Positions 1 to 15,200 of a stretch of DNA of 64,000 nucleotides are shown piece after piece (position 1 is the stretch's first letter; each line of letters begins with the position of its first letter). The notes under the pieces were generated by a model. The model was not told the DNA's origin. It saw only the letters and a list, made by a program, of their open reading frames with translations, and did not search any database. The DNA lies in contig JAQGDQ010000041.1 in assembly GCA_030141605.1 (NCBI GenBank), positions 248,001 to 312,000 of the forward strand, written 5' to 3'. The position numbers were made by a program, and so were the translations under genes. The DNA is from Tubiluchus corallicola (Eukaryota > Animalia > Priapulida).

Positions 1-209
1 CATCTACGTGAGACAAATGAGAGCTGGATAATGTAGATGTCAACATCTTAGAACACTAAAATGGACAGCTCTTGTGATCAAGTTAAGCTCTAAAAGCTTA
101 TAACTAGATCAACCTTTTCCAAATGCTAATTTACTCAGTAATTACTAACTAATTAGATTTACCTGTAATTAATTTTCAGTCAAGAATAAACTCTTGAATA
201 GTCTAGTAC

Positions 210-3200
210 CTGTTGTTTTAGGTGGTTAACTTCTGCATCAAGAGATTTTTCATTTGGTAACTCATTTATTACATCTATAGATCGAATGGCGCACCTTAAC
301 CTGAAACAATTAACTTTATGGAACAAAAAACCTCAATTACAGTATGCTGAAAAACTTGAATTTTGCAAAAAAGAAAATCAAGATCAATTTCAATATACAA
401 CATGCACAAAGTTCATGCAACACTCTAGTAATGGAAAAGATGGCACTGACCTATCAGAATATCAGGAACTAATTTCCAGTTACGAACATTTTCAAAAAAA
501 AATCAATCTATTGCAGGTGTGTTTTCTTCAAAAATAGCTAGTGGTAATTTGTATTACAAATGGAACACTGTAGGTATAGAGATATGCTGTTGGGAAGCCT
601 CAAATCCGTGATGACAGCATTCAGAACTCGCAGTGCCATTCAATTGTTAGTGTCATGAGATTAACAACAATACAAATAAATCAGCCGATTTTTTTTTACT
701 TTCACTTGCCTGTGCTCATGTATCAAAGATTTATCTGTTGACTTCCATGCTTCTGTAAGGTCTTCGGAAGAGGAGACATTCTCATTTACAGTCATGGACA
801 TCACCAGAAACTTGTCCTTTGAAACATTTGATTTCCCTGTGAAATTAAAGGAACATCTAGCTTAAGAGAGAAAATGGCAAAATGCAGATAACTTAAAAAA
901 TAGTTACTGGATTATTCCACTTTAATCTTATTGTACTATTTTAACAGAAGCCATTATTTAGCTTTCTAAGCTGTCACTGTGTTTCACTCTGTGTTGCTCA
1001 TGCATGGAGATGATCCACTGTCCTGTTACCTATTGTACAACAATATAAGTTACACATATTGCACCACCACGACCAAGACTACAATCGTCGTCATCATCAT
1101 CCTCATCCTCATTATCGGTCTCATAATCAATACCATTACCACTTTACAAATATAAACTCTACCGCGACCTCTGCTTAAGCATGTACAAGTACTCGTACTA
1201 AGCCCCTATGTATGAGCTACCTTAGTGAAAGATGTATGATGCCTTTGCACCTCTACCACCTAACTGCCTAACTGATAATTACCATTATTAGAAAATAATT
1301 ATCACCAGTCATTCATTGTCGTCATCATTATTGTTGTTGTCATCACCACTATCATTATCGCCATCATTTCATCAACATCTCCATGCAATGAATGCTAAAC
1401 GCTTTTTAGTCATTAATATTTTACAGTTTACATTCTTCACTGTTGTTCTTAATACTAGTCGATACTTTTTAATAGAACTTTTAATTAACGTCTCTTGAAG
1501 CTAATTTATCAGATTGGTTTACCTGCTTGAAGGAAAACATTTATATCAACAGAATTGCCTGGATCCAACCGTCCTGAACTCGGCCTAACTTTGTACTTCT
1601 GAGGAGAAGTTGTCTTCACCTAGAAAAATTCAACAATGTAGATGCAATACAATGCAGATGCAATACAATGTAGATGCAATACAATGCAGATGCAATACAA
1701 TGCAGATGCAATACAATGCAGAATGTACAATGCAGATGCACAGTAAAGCTATGTGAATGACTTCCCATTCATGCCCTAGTGAGAGGAATTCTTGTAGTTG
1801 GTTTAGGGCGCACACCTCTAACAAGGCTGATACCACACAATAAATCAGGCAAATGGCTTTTGAAATGTAAAAGCTTTATTTTAGGTAAGAAAATTCATAA
1901 TAACTTATCTATTGGATCTCAAACACTAGAAAAGATTACCTTGAATGCTAAAAATTTGTTTGTGATGTTAACTAGGTTTATCACTTGTTGTGACTCCTTC
2001 TTGGAATCTGGTAAAAATTCCAGTTCAATTCCTGGACTAGAACAAACAAAAATAAATAAATTTTCCTTAACCACGGTATCCAAAAGATAAGTATAGTGAA
2101 GGAAAATAATATCAGTTTATAGAAAAAAGTCAAAATAATACCAGTTTATAGAAAAAAGTCAAAGTACAGGAAAATATATTATATACCGCTTTAGGAAAAC
2201 TCAGAAAGTTTTATAACTTATAAATGTTATTGACTATAACTGAAACAAACAGAAAAAACGGAAAAAATATGTGCTAATTGTTTTACTATTTTGCATATCT
2301 AACATTATGCAGCAATTTCATTTTGGATTTTCCATGTCAATAGTGTCAAAATGCAAACTGCACTGTACTGTAGTCGATGTAATATTTCGACTTAATGGAA
2401 AATATTAAAATAAACTACAATAAGAAAATGTTAATGTTTATGTTTCTTTCAAAACAACATATCACAAAAGTCTTCCATGATGTGTCACAAACAATATTCT
2501 TGCAAAATTAGTGTCACTATGTATAAGAATATAATTCAACTTGTAAAGCGATGTCACAAACGAATGCACTTTATAAATATCTGTAAACAAATAATGATTT
2601 AAATTGGTAAACATGTTTAACCTGATGGTAATTAGTGAACCTGTGTAAATGCTTTTGTCACTGGTCGTCTCTCCTCTCCGTAGGCCTGATGATGGACAGT
2701 CGCTATAGGGGCGCATTATCTAAAAAAACATTCACGATATAAAACATTATAAAATATAGCAAAATTCAGAAGTTTAGTTAAAAGCATTGTTTAGGTATGC
2801 ATACCATGGTAAGTTAAATTAAAAACAAAAAAGTGTTGCACCCTTGTTTCCTCAAACAAAAAATCCTTCATATTAAGTGGATTATATAACTGGCATAGTT
2901 TTATAGTTACTGGAAAAAATTACAAAAGCAAGACTAAAAAAGATAATGCAAATGCAGAATTGAGAATGCACAAGTTATTTAAGATAAAATGTAAGGCAAA
3001 AACACATCTTAAATAGCTTCTGCTTCAAAATTAATTTTTTACTTGCATGTTGCTACGTTTGCTTATGCTGTTTACATCGACTGTTACTGTCCTTTCATTA
3101 CCTGCTTAACACAAATATTACAAACTACATGATTACCAAGTCATTGTTGAATGGAGCATCATACTCATCAGCAGGAGATGGAACATCATTTTGTTCGACT

Positions 3201-6200
3201 GCGTCTACAAACGTAACCTAAAAAAACGGTCTACTAAAAATTGAAAAGTTAAACAGAGTTAAAAAACTGTCAGTCCACTCCACACGAAGAAATGTAAGCC
3301 ATTGCTAATTAATTTTCGCTACGATGATAATTTTCCTTTCAAGTCAGCAATGATAACAATGCATTAGTAATGCTCGAGGAGTGTAAAAAAATGAATAAAC
3401 GTAGTTCGTTAATTACAAGAAATTCAAGAACTCAAGATCAGATCATTTGGTAGTTTCGTAATTTCCTGTAGGGTTCTCCATGTTGTTGAGATTATAAACT
3501 GATCCTGTTTGTTAAAATAGTAACTCCTTTTTTGGGTATCTGTATTTGCACATATTATAGAGAAAATTCTAATAAAAAGGTAAAAGAGAATGCGCACAGT
3601 AGAGTTCTCTAAAACATGAAGTTCTTCTTTGGTAATTTTTTGTGCTATGTACAGACACCACGTTAGCAAATTTATTTTGGACTGTATGCATCTACGATCT
3701 AGTGCAGCAACCTTATTTCTGATTTGATTTGCTCTCGGTCCCAGCCAGCAGTGTAATCAACAATCTCAATCCATATTTTAGCTTTCAACCAAAAATGTAC
3801 AGCACATATGCGTACAAAGAATGCTTATTTTAAATTTTCATTTTCATTTGACTGTCCTTACATGGCATAAGCAGCAGCCTTAGATCCATTTTGCAGCTGA
3901 GCACAGCTCTAATGATGATTATGAACTCAAATCCATGATGTGAATTATTATTAGTACTTTTGTATTAGTAGCATTATCAGCATTCTAAAATTGAAGTACC
4001 ATTACCAAGAAAAGTACAGAGCAATGAAGCTTGTTAGCTCAGACTTGTTAGATTGAGGCATCTATCAAACATTTGTTACACTTGATTACATTAAGTACAT
4101 CTTATCGTTAAACATGATTAAAGATGACAAATTGGCTAGACATTTGACAGTGCAAAGTACACATCAGGTTGTCTGTTTGATTAATGCTGAGGCAGATTTA
4201 AATACAATCATCATATTTCCAAATCACTCTGCAGATAGTCAAGACTACTGATTCCAACAATGATGGATCATGCAAAATCAAACTTGCAGCTAGAGGTCAT
4301 TCGCACTATTCTTTTTCGTCATTAAGAAAGAAAAAATACAAATATCATTAACAAAGAAGAAGGTTTGTAGCTAACAATTATTTATATTTATTGAAAAATT
4401 TCTCAAACAAAACATATAAAAATAGCAACCATTAAAAAATCACATCTTTTATAATTTAAAACTCAAATAACCACAATGTAGTTAACTGAAAGCTTCTCTC
4501 CACATGAACAATGTTAACAATTTCATGCACTGAAATGTACAGGCAGGTTTAAGGTGCTGTGCAGCATGTGAAAAAAATGTGAACTGAAAATAAAATGATA
4601 AATTAAAGTAGCACATAGCCTCGCATGCATCACGGTGCATGTGAAACAAAGCAGCACCAGTTTGAAAAGTATAATCATCGATGACTTATTTCAGTTTCCA
4701 TAATGAATGGATTGACAATAAATATAATGATCCTTGTTTTTACTCTTCTTTATTTAGCAAAGACTTCTTTTGATAAGACAAAACTTTTGCCATATTTTTC
4801 AGATTTAATGATGTTTCATTTTAACGAATGATTTTAACTTAGGCTTTAATTTAAGCAATGAAAAGTTGTTTTACCATAATGGTGCTTTACAAAGAAGATA
4901 GTAAAAAATATACCAAGCTATTATTTGCCCAGACTGATTCATAAACAAGGTGACGAATGTTGGTATGGCTGTCACTTTTCATCTTTTAGCAAACAAATAA
5001 TGTATAAATGTAAACAATAAACTCATAAATCCTAAACTCATATGAGCCAAACATGACTGACTTCTGTCTCTGGAATGCAACTCTATGTTTTTATTTCCTT
5101 CAGTTAATGAGTCGCCCAAGATCACATTTTACTGGAACCCTGTTAGCATCCCTAAACAAGGATTTATTGTAACACATCTGTGTGCAATGACGAGTGGTTA
5201 GTAATTTAACTGGGATAGCAAAAACTAAAGTTATTCATAAAATTGTTTTTGGAATTTTTAGAAGGAATTAGGACAATTAACGAAAGGCTCTTATGCAAAT
5301 TGTTTCATGAACAAAATCAGCATTTGCTTCTAGTTTCACCATAGTCAAATTATAATTTCAGGATTGTGTTGTGTCAGCTTTGCCAGCTTTTCTCATAAGA
5401 GGAATTTAGGGGATGGAGTTGCTGAATGGCACTATGTGTACGTAGTGACTGAAGTTATGCAATGCTGAACACAGTCAGTAAAATAATCAGTTATTGCCAA
5501 ACAAATTGCCCTGGGCTGTTTCACCTAACATACTGCCTTTACCAGCTTCATTTTATAATCATTGTTCTTTAGCGAGGGCCTATATTACAGCAAAGTGCAT
5601 TGCCAAGTAACGCACCACGTTAATAATATTGTTTGTATTTAGCAGCATATACAAGACCCTACATATTTACCACCGCGTATGTTACTAGCGTAGTTGATAT
5701 GTCTAGAAATACATGAGTTGTGGAGCACTCGCAAAATTCACAAACATTTCCAGGACGCATCAACTTACATTTTGCAGTAAATGCATTCAAACGTAAATAC
5801 CTCTGCCGGTTTAGTAGCTCATCTCAGAAGTTCATTTTTTATAATGTGGTAACTCCATTCCTGCCTGTACCATCAACATGATAAGTAGGCACTAAGATAT
5901 GCACGTCTGGCTTACAATATGCAAAAATGTATTAAGAAATTAGTTCTATAGAATATAGAGATTTTCAAATACCATACAAACATTTCGGTGGCTATGACTG
6001 GAAACTACTTGTAATCTGCAGTCTACTCGAAAACTACAATTACAAACACAAACAGACACTCACTTTGCGGCAATGACAGCAATAAAAAATAAAATGGATT
6101 TTAACAATGACATAGTTTCAAGTGCTAAATTTTAAGCTGGAATAACTGCTTTGTAATGAAGCGTTGGTGCCACGGTTAAGGTGACATCGATACCAAATAA

Positions 6201-9200
6201 ACTCTGCTTCATATCACAAAAACACAATGCATTAGTTTTATCATGCATTGCACATGCACTATGCAGAAGTACCACGTTGCACAGCACCTCATCTCCGGTC
6301 AGAAACAATTTTTTGCATACAAGTAGCGAGATGGTCAGTTACAGTATTAAAAAAGATAGAGAAACATGAGACTAAACATTATGTAACTAGCACCAATTAA
6401 ATTGCGAAACTTTGCATCTGTTCAATTCACCTTAACAAAGTTCAAAAGAGTAAATGACTAAATAAAACTAGGAAATTAAAATAGTTTTATGCAAAACAAC
6501 AAGCACATTTCTTTTTTTTGGAATAAACTTTCTGATAGGCAAAATCTGATCACTCATACCACTAATTCGCTCCAAGGCATGAAGAATTAGAAAACAGTGT
6601 GACCAATTAGACAACACTACGATACAACAAATAAACATTGTTGAGCATGTCACTATTAAAATACTTCAAAATGATCTTTATAGAGGATTGATCGAATTTA
6701 AAACAACTCTGTTAATGAGTACTTCAGACAACTTCTTAGTAAAACACTGCATGCCACCAACTAAGTTGTCCAACAACAACTATTTCTGCAGCAAAATTAT
6801 TCATTCAACTTTATGAATTAAACGCATATTAAGTATGCCATTATACATATTATATTAAACTCAGCTGGAGTTTATAAGACAATATTACAATTGTCGCGTG
6901 TTGTACTGCAATTTTATATTTTTACTAAGATATAAATAATATTAATGTAAATAAATATTGCAAATAATTCTTATAATGACCATAAAAGAAAAAATTAAAT
7001 TTAATAGAAAACCTCTCCTACAAGCACAGAACACAAAGAAAACTAAAATCTGATCACAACAAAATTATAGGCAACTACAAAACTAAATCAAAAGAAAGAC
7101 TTCAACTTATCTTGAATTAAAATCATTGCAATTATTTACACAACAAGCAGGTGTCCCAGGATTTATATACAGGAATGCATTTGTTCAAGAACTGGCTTCA
7201 TTTTCACGTAGCTCCATTACTGTGAAAAAAACAGTTTATGACTGGTGAGGAAATTGGAAAAGTTCAATTTGACAAATCTATATAATTGCACTGCATCAAA
7301 AAGTGTGAAGCTAAAATGGCATTTAGATGTAAAACAGGCACATTTAATTTTAAGAAATCATATAAAGTGTTTCATGGTAACAAATGTTTTATTTGAATCT
7401 GATCAGTACTAGGTATGCATAGAAAGGCATAAAAACACAGCAAAGGCATAGGAATGGCACCGTAACACCAGCACAAACCACCACCACCACCACTACCTCT
7501 ACCACGATTTATCACAGCAGATTTGGACATCACAAATTAAAAACTTAGCTTATATTCGGATAATGGCAAGCATGCAAAACCTTGATGCAACTATTTCATC
7601 TGTCAAATGAAACATCACATTACTCGGATGCTAACTAAGTTAAAGAGAATTGAACAGATATTTGAACAAATCAAACTCTAGTATCCCTGAAGCTTTGCTA
7701 AGCCTAAAAAACTTTTCATCTGTTCAAATTAAAAAAGAAGAATGCTTGTATCAAGACATGCATGCATCACACATGCAAGCAGTAAGTAAGTATGTCACCA
7801 AGCTGCCTAACATTCAAACAGACAATCTGATACACGTATATGCAACATACCTTTTTCTTCTCTTCTCCTGGGTTTGCTTTGCCTTTTGGCCCCTCATGTA
7901 CGAATGTGAATGTGTCCTGTGAAGAATTAGATTTTTAACATTACAGCATGAAAGAAACCCTAGTAAGGTTTCACTACAGTATTTTCACTATTTTGAGTAA
8001 TATTGGAATTATTTTAAAAATGTGTCACTGTTAGATACCACTGAAACATTGTTGAGATTTACCTGTTAATTAATAATAAAGCATAAATACTCCACTTAGT
8101 ACCACGTTGATACACAACGCTATCCAAAAGGCCCAAACTAGCATCTACAAGTTTTCGTTAAGAAACTACAAGAAGGCAGAGCCTAATTACACCATTTCTG
8201 TTCGGCTGTGGAAGACCCAGGACATCTCACCAAATGAAACAGGGAGGGGTGTTGTCGAATATTAGCTCATTGTTCGAGTCCAAGTCCAAGTCTTTCAGCA
8301 CTTTAAAGGAAAGACATAGCTTGCAAAGCCGCAGACCGCACATGGATTCATAAGTGCGTGCGTTGAGTTGCAGCTTGAAAGAAAAGCAACCGGCTAGGTG
8401 TAGGTAAAAATAATAGGTATTATATTCAAGGCTTCAAGGCAAGTAGAAAAAAATTAAAATGCAAGAATATCCATAAAACCCATAAAATGTTTAATTTATA
8501 TAAAATAAACCTTATTGATTTTTGCTACTGCAGTGCATCTAAATGCTTTTACATTATTTCCTATGGAAAATCTGGTTATGTTAAGAACAGGCTTGCCAAA
8601 TTTCAGCTTAACCATAACTAAAAAAATTTTTCATGCATCATATGTCTGCCTTGTAACAGACGTGTGCACCAATGACATCCAAATAATGTCTCTCAAAAAA
8701 TTCGTGCTCAATTTGTCTAAATATGATACAACACAAAAAACACTAACCGTGCCACCCATATGAGCTGGCAGATTGTCCTTTTCAACGTAGCTGTCCAAAT
8801 CAGGAATACCAACAAATCTGATCCGGGCCACGGCTTTTGGACTCAACCAGGACTTGACTATCTTCCAAGCGGCTAGATAAGAAAGAAAAATACTATATAA
8901 AATAAATTTTATTTAACCATAAATAATGAAAAACTAACTGTAGGCAAACAAAAAATAATTTTGAGACAGTAGAAATTGAAACTACCTACTGTAAGAAATT
9001 ATTCACACTTTAACGATCAGATATTATTCTTATGTGTGTGGCAACAAAGAACCAAGTGTGTCATGAACATTTACATGACACAAATGTAAGAACAGAAACC
9101 TCTTGCACTAAAATCATGCAAAGTTATAAACACTCGCTTTCAAAAGGAGAAAAGGAAGCCAAATAAGTCGCTACACACAATACGCCAGCCAGCCGAGTCA

Positions 9201-12200
9201 GAACACTGGCAAATTTTTAACAGACTGGTTCCGGCTAGCTAAGTTCAGGTTGGATTTGCCAGTAGGAATCTAGTTGATCTGTCTGAGCATAACTGCTGCT
9301 GAATTATCAAAAGAGGACCAGTTTGATTTTGTACATAAACTTGTACATGTTTATCCCACGAAAAATAAAACAAAAACTGACAATAAATAAGTGATTCAGC
9401 CTAGATGTTTCTACAAAAACTTGAGAAAAAATTTATTATTGTGTTAAACATCAGCATTAAGCTATGCCTCACATAAGTCACATTCAGAGGCAAAAAAATC
9501 CAACAAAAGTACCAGGGACTAAAAGTTGGCGTCCCGGTGATGGACCAAGCCCAGAGATTTTTATAGAAGTATGTAGTATCGAGATAGTTGCTGTGAAAGG
9601 GGGTTTGCAGCAAAGGGCCAAGAAACCCCATGCAGATTTGAAAAGTTAATGTCAACCTAATTAGAATTTTCACCACTTACACGTATTTCCATCGCTAATG
9701 CAGTTGCTACCTTTAAATATTATTTCAGTTGTTGTTATAAACTCACTAATAGTATTAATTAGTAGTTTATATACCCACCAAAAACAATTGGAGTTGAGTG
9801 ATTCAAAACTTGCTTAGCAAGATAATTTTGCCTTACTTAAATACTATTCCACAAAATTTCTTAGAATTATATTAAGAAAGGAACCCTTTATTTTGTTTGG
9901 CTCACAGATTCTATCACTGTGCTAGGACACAACTTCAAACAACAATTCTGCAAAATATATCACGCATCCAGTCACCACTTCTTATGTCTGATGTTGTTTA
10001 AATACTGAAGGAAGATCTTTTGAGTGTCAAAAAAGTAATTAAGCAGTGAAGTTTTTAAGACATCAACACGTGACTTGTATTGGTTGGTGACTAGGTGGCA
10101 AGACCAGCTGCTACAGTGACTATAATAGTATAATTTGAAGCCAACCTCAACTCAATGAGTCAGCTAGGAACACTTGTTATGAAGTGAATTTTAATACTGC
10201 CGATTGGTGAGGCTTGGAAGGTTAAATGCGCTTCTGCAAAAAGGAAGCCATAGAAAGATGTAGAATGAACACTTTCTGGAAGTTGACCATAAAGACGACC
10301 GAATACCAACAAACTTTCTATTAAAACACACTATAATGTGTAAAAAACGTCTATCAAAATTAAAAAGAAAAGATCTCTTCCATACTTCAACAAATGTGCA
10401 AGGATTTTAGAACAATGTGACATTTAACAAGTGTCAGACATCAATAAACATGCCAAAAATAAAAATTTGTGAATTCTGCTTGAACAATTTAAAAAATAAA
10501 GCCTTTTAAGTGTACAATAATAACAGGTTAAGCCTTTAACTCTATTTCCCATATTAACTCCTTTAATTCCATTAACTATATTTCCTGTAACATAAAAAGC
10601 TGTGACTTGCATAAAATAATTAAAATTACTCAGGTAAACAACAACTTTAGACTGAACAGGAATAAATAAATAGAAAAAGTGGTAAGGGAAACATATATTT
10701 TTGTCATACCTTGTAGTATCCATGGAAGCTCAAAGACTAATAGATATGCTAAAAAGAAAAAAATGCTATTGAACAAATTATTAATCAGCACGTACAGTGA
10801 AGCTATTACAAATTTTGAAAAACTACCTGTTAGAACTAAATAAGCAAAAACATAAATTTAATATAGCTGGCTAAATAGTACAAGAAATTCCACTTAAAAG
10901 TTTTAATTAATTTCACACGATACAACAAAATTATTGTGAAAATTTTAACAAAAGAATTTGGTAGACACAGCCGTTATTATGAGAGTTAAATGCAAACAAA
11001 GTACTGGTGAAAGTATTTATTAACCTTGACTATACATACAGCACAGCCATATTTTACTGAAAGAGACCGGCTAATCCCAAAGTAGGTAAGACCTAGCAAT
11101 AAATCATATGTCACAGATATGCCCCAGCTTTTAACAGCCTGCTACTTATTGGTATGGCAAACATTTAAAGAGAAGTTTTGATTCAAGCTAATCGCAGTGC
11201 TTGTATAAAATGCCAGTAAAGCAAAGTAAATCTCAGCAACTTAAAGCAAAGTTAAAAATTTATCGACAAAAGTGTCAAAAATTTGCTAACGTAAAAACAA
11301 ATTGTCCTCAAACAGGGAGTCACAAAGCTATAATTTACTGTACTCAACTTAAAAGAAAAATGTTTATGCATCATGGTTACTTACGTTCATTATGCATTAC
11401 ATTAAAAGTTATGATTACTACACACTTCAATAAGTTACAGAATTACTGTTAAAGAAATTTTATTAATTTCTTTAATTTTTCTTCAAAAAAATGACTATTT
11501 TCTTCAAAAAAATGACTACACTAAAATAAAATCATGCACTTATGAACAGACTAACATTGTTTGCAAGAATGTCAGTGTTCGTGGGCCAGGTAATTACACC
11601 TGGCAAGCTGGTAGTTAATTACCTGTACATTGCAAAAGCAAATACACAAGCAATCAAATTAAAAAGGTTAAAATGTAAAACCTGTAAAACAAAAAACACA
11701 ATTTTGGAAAGAAAGTTAAAAAAGAAAAAAGTTGTAAGAGTAATAAAAGATTTAAAAGAAAACAAAAAAAATTACTTACAGCATGCACATGAAATTCATG
11801 CTTAAATAACATAATTTTGTGTTACCTAGTATATTAGGGAAGTAGGATTGGAAGCAATAGATCATAAAGTTAATGGTTTCCAAGTCCTAAAAAGTAAGTC
11901 CATGATTAAAATCACAAATTACATTACAAAAAATGATCTGTAACTAAAAGAAAAAATTACCTAGTATATTAGGATAGTAGGTTTTGAAACAAGTAACGAT
12001 GAAAAAAATTGTATCCATGTCCTAGATAAAGAGAATGATGAGAAGATTATTACAAACTTCTTCATGTAGCACTTACAATCAGCAGTTAATTAATTTATTA
12101 TATATTAAAAGAAATTGACAAAAATGAACGATGTGTTTACTCAAAGCAGAAAGACTGAAAGAACAATATTCCATTCAAAACAAATTTTCATTATTCTAAT

Positions 12201-15200
12201 GTTTATAAAGGAAAGAGCACCCATTGCTGTATGACACAACAACATTATTATGTTATGAAACACACAGATTTACAAATGACACATGTTTACATGAAAACTT
12301 TCCTCATAATAAAACTTTTTTCATTAAAAAATGTAAACAAACAAACACGGCAGAGTGATAATGTCTGGATAATGAAAAAATTTTGTATAACAAGAAAGCA
12401 CAAGAAAACCCTTTACATACATAAAGCTAAAAAATGAATCTTGAAATTTTATATCTACTACATACTGTCTTATCACACACAGAGCTTGTATTAGCAGCAA
12501 GGCTGTATCAAGCTACATAAATTTAAACTCCCGCAATGACAGTTAGGCTCAGCCATTTTGACAGTAGGTCACTTGGCACAAATTTAGATAATGTTGAGTA
12601 ATGTTTGAATAAAATAACTAGAATATTTGCTAACTAAGCAAAAGTATAAATGACTTTATCTTATCAATAAGATTAAAAATACGTTTTCTGGTGAGCCAGT
12701 GGTGCACACTGGGAAGGTGATAAGTGATGTTTTACCAGGTGGTGCAAAAATTTTAAATTTCTAAGAATTTTCTTTTCTAGTTACACAAGTTCTTTCAAAA
12801 GGGTAAACATAATGACAAGTAATGAAACTTTGTGAAGAAAGGGTTTTTTGTGACACATCTTAAAACTGCCTTTTCTTCCCGGGTTAAACATTCTATTTGC
12901 ATTTGAAATGTGTGTTCAAACCGGAGAATTCCCTCAACAAGTAACTCGCATGTTCAGACTAGACAGCAAAACTTCCTGCAAGTTACTCTTCCTGAGTAAG
13001 TGCGAGCTGATACTCCCATTTTTTATTCCCTAAGAGAAGTGCAGAGAGTAACTCGCTGAAGCATTCACACTAGAAAGTAGCTCGCAGTAAATCAACTCGC
13101 AGCAACTGTCAGAGAATTTGCAATAAGTTATCGATAGTAACTCACATAATAGTTCACACTTGGGAGTTTGCTGTCAGAGAAAAAACTCACGACAGAAAAC
13201 TCGCCAATCAGAACACACCACAAAAGTTCACATTACTAAATTACCAGGAACAAATACCTCGAAGTTGTGGTACTTAAAATACAATTTTGAAATTAGATAC
13301 CAAGGTCCAATTTACCTGATTAATTATGTTATTACATGCAGAAAAAGCAACAGGAAACAAACCAAAATCAACTAAAATTCCTGATTTCCAAAAGGTCTTT
13401 TTTGTTTGACAACAAATATTGCTGGCATAACAATTAAAAGAAGAGAAGAAGCAATTATATATTATTTATTTCATACTCTTAAATTATTGTATATAAGACA
13501 CGTGGAAAGTCAACTAAAAAGTTGATTATCTTTTTGGAAATAAAAGATGGTTGAACCTCCTAACAGACTCATGTTGCTTGTTAGATAATTAAATTAGATA
13601 ACTAGACAAAAATTAAATCGAGAAAGTTGAAAATGTGTTAGCATCCAAAAAATTAGTCAAGAAACTATGATGCCACATTTACCACATTCATCAGTCCTGA
13701 TCCTGCCATGTCAAAAACAACAGCTATTTGCTCCCCTGGGTGAGCCATAAAATGTTGTTCGAAATGCCAAGCTATATACAGCCTCTGTTCCTTAGACAAG
13801 GCACTATCTTTCTTATGCAACTTGCCTTTAAACCACACTGCAACAAAAAATCCGAGCACTTTTACCAACATTTCGAAACCGGCGTTAACATCGGAAGCAT
13901 TTTATGGCACGAGCAGTAAGTATAGTATCATTAACAATCTTCCGTGCCAATTTCTTAATGAAAGCTGCTACAGAAAGGAGTAAACTATGGCACGCTGTTT
14001 GTCTAGAATCCCTGGAAATTACAAAACCACCTGCATACAAGAGGATTTTAAATGAATCAGTAAAAACAGCAATAATTTTCAAAACAAATTCAGATAGGTC
14101 AATAGTCACCCATATCAAACCTATAGGTAGGGACGTATGCAGGACAATCACTTAAGTAATGCCAATTAAATTTGAGATTTCACATGGATAAAACAATGTA
14201 TTTGCTACCTTTATGTACAGAACAGTATAAAAACAACCAATTCACATTTAACCATCTGTTTCATTACACAAATTATAAGATGGTATGCATTAAGTTAATG
14301 TAGCAAATTGCAGTTTCCACCATTATGTCCAGAGGCAATAAGCCAGTGAAGCTTTTATTTTAACAAACTGATATATATTAAATCAAAAGCAAACTTCAGT
14401 TCACATTCCTATTGCAGATTTACACACCCATTGATAATTAAACAGACAGACACAATGAACATTACTTACACAAAGGCCTGTTCAACTTATCTGTTCCATG
14501 ATAAAACAAAGAAGCACGGTCGTTGAAAGTTTGCAGTAAATCTTCGGCTTTTATATCTAATGAAAGTATATCTTAAGTTATTAACAACTAATACTTCAAA
14601 GGATGAAGCAACAGCAAATAAGCATTAATTTTCAAAATATTTCTTTATTATTATTACTATTATTATTACATTTCCAACTTAAACTAAACGTCAGTTGTCG
14701 CTATATTAAAATAACAAACAAATGCTGTGTTACATTAACTCCATTGGCCAAACTACATAATTAATAAAAAATGTTTATTTACTACAACATGTGAATTCAT
14801 GGAATTAGTGCCAGAAATTTGCCTCAGCAAAATTCTTTCTCAGCCCAGAAAGCGAGAGAATCTTTCTACAATGCAATATAGTATAACATCATTATAGTGA
14901 ACCTGCTAGAGATCCAGAAAAAAAGTACTCTATAACCGAGGTACTCTATAAGTATATGCAGCTGTATATCATATGCATATGACTACTAGATGGATGAGTA
15001 TGTAAAGTATTTTCAGAAGATGCCAACAAGTATCAACTGTTTTACAGTATATTGAGATTCAGTAAAATGTATTTTATGTCTCTTCAATAAACTACATATA
15101 AACAAGATTTAATATTAAATTGCATGTGCGTGTATCCTGTGGTACATGTTTCGTCGTAAATTTATGTGACATGTTCAATAAAGTCTATGAGACACAAAAA

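Noticed and set aside
1060-1500. ORF 1316-1498
   Set aside because: Degenerate ATC/ACC trinucleotide intron sequence.
8190-8373. Additional MOSPD2 exon
   Set aside because: Splice-like sites exist but phases do not fit the neighbours and the peptide has no recognisable similarity.
9470-9590. Extra MOSPD2 cassette exon (acceptor cctttcacag; ORFs 9401-9676 and 9464-9649)
   Set aside because: Would insert 26 unrelated residues or a stop within the conserved PWILQ|AAWKIV helix; no homology recognised.
11780-11800. 21-nt microexon or alternative donor (gtaagt) next to exon B
   Set aside because: Too close to the exon B donor; gives a stop or frameshift with either alternative exon.
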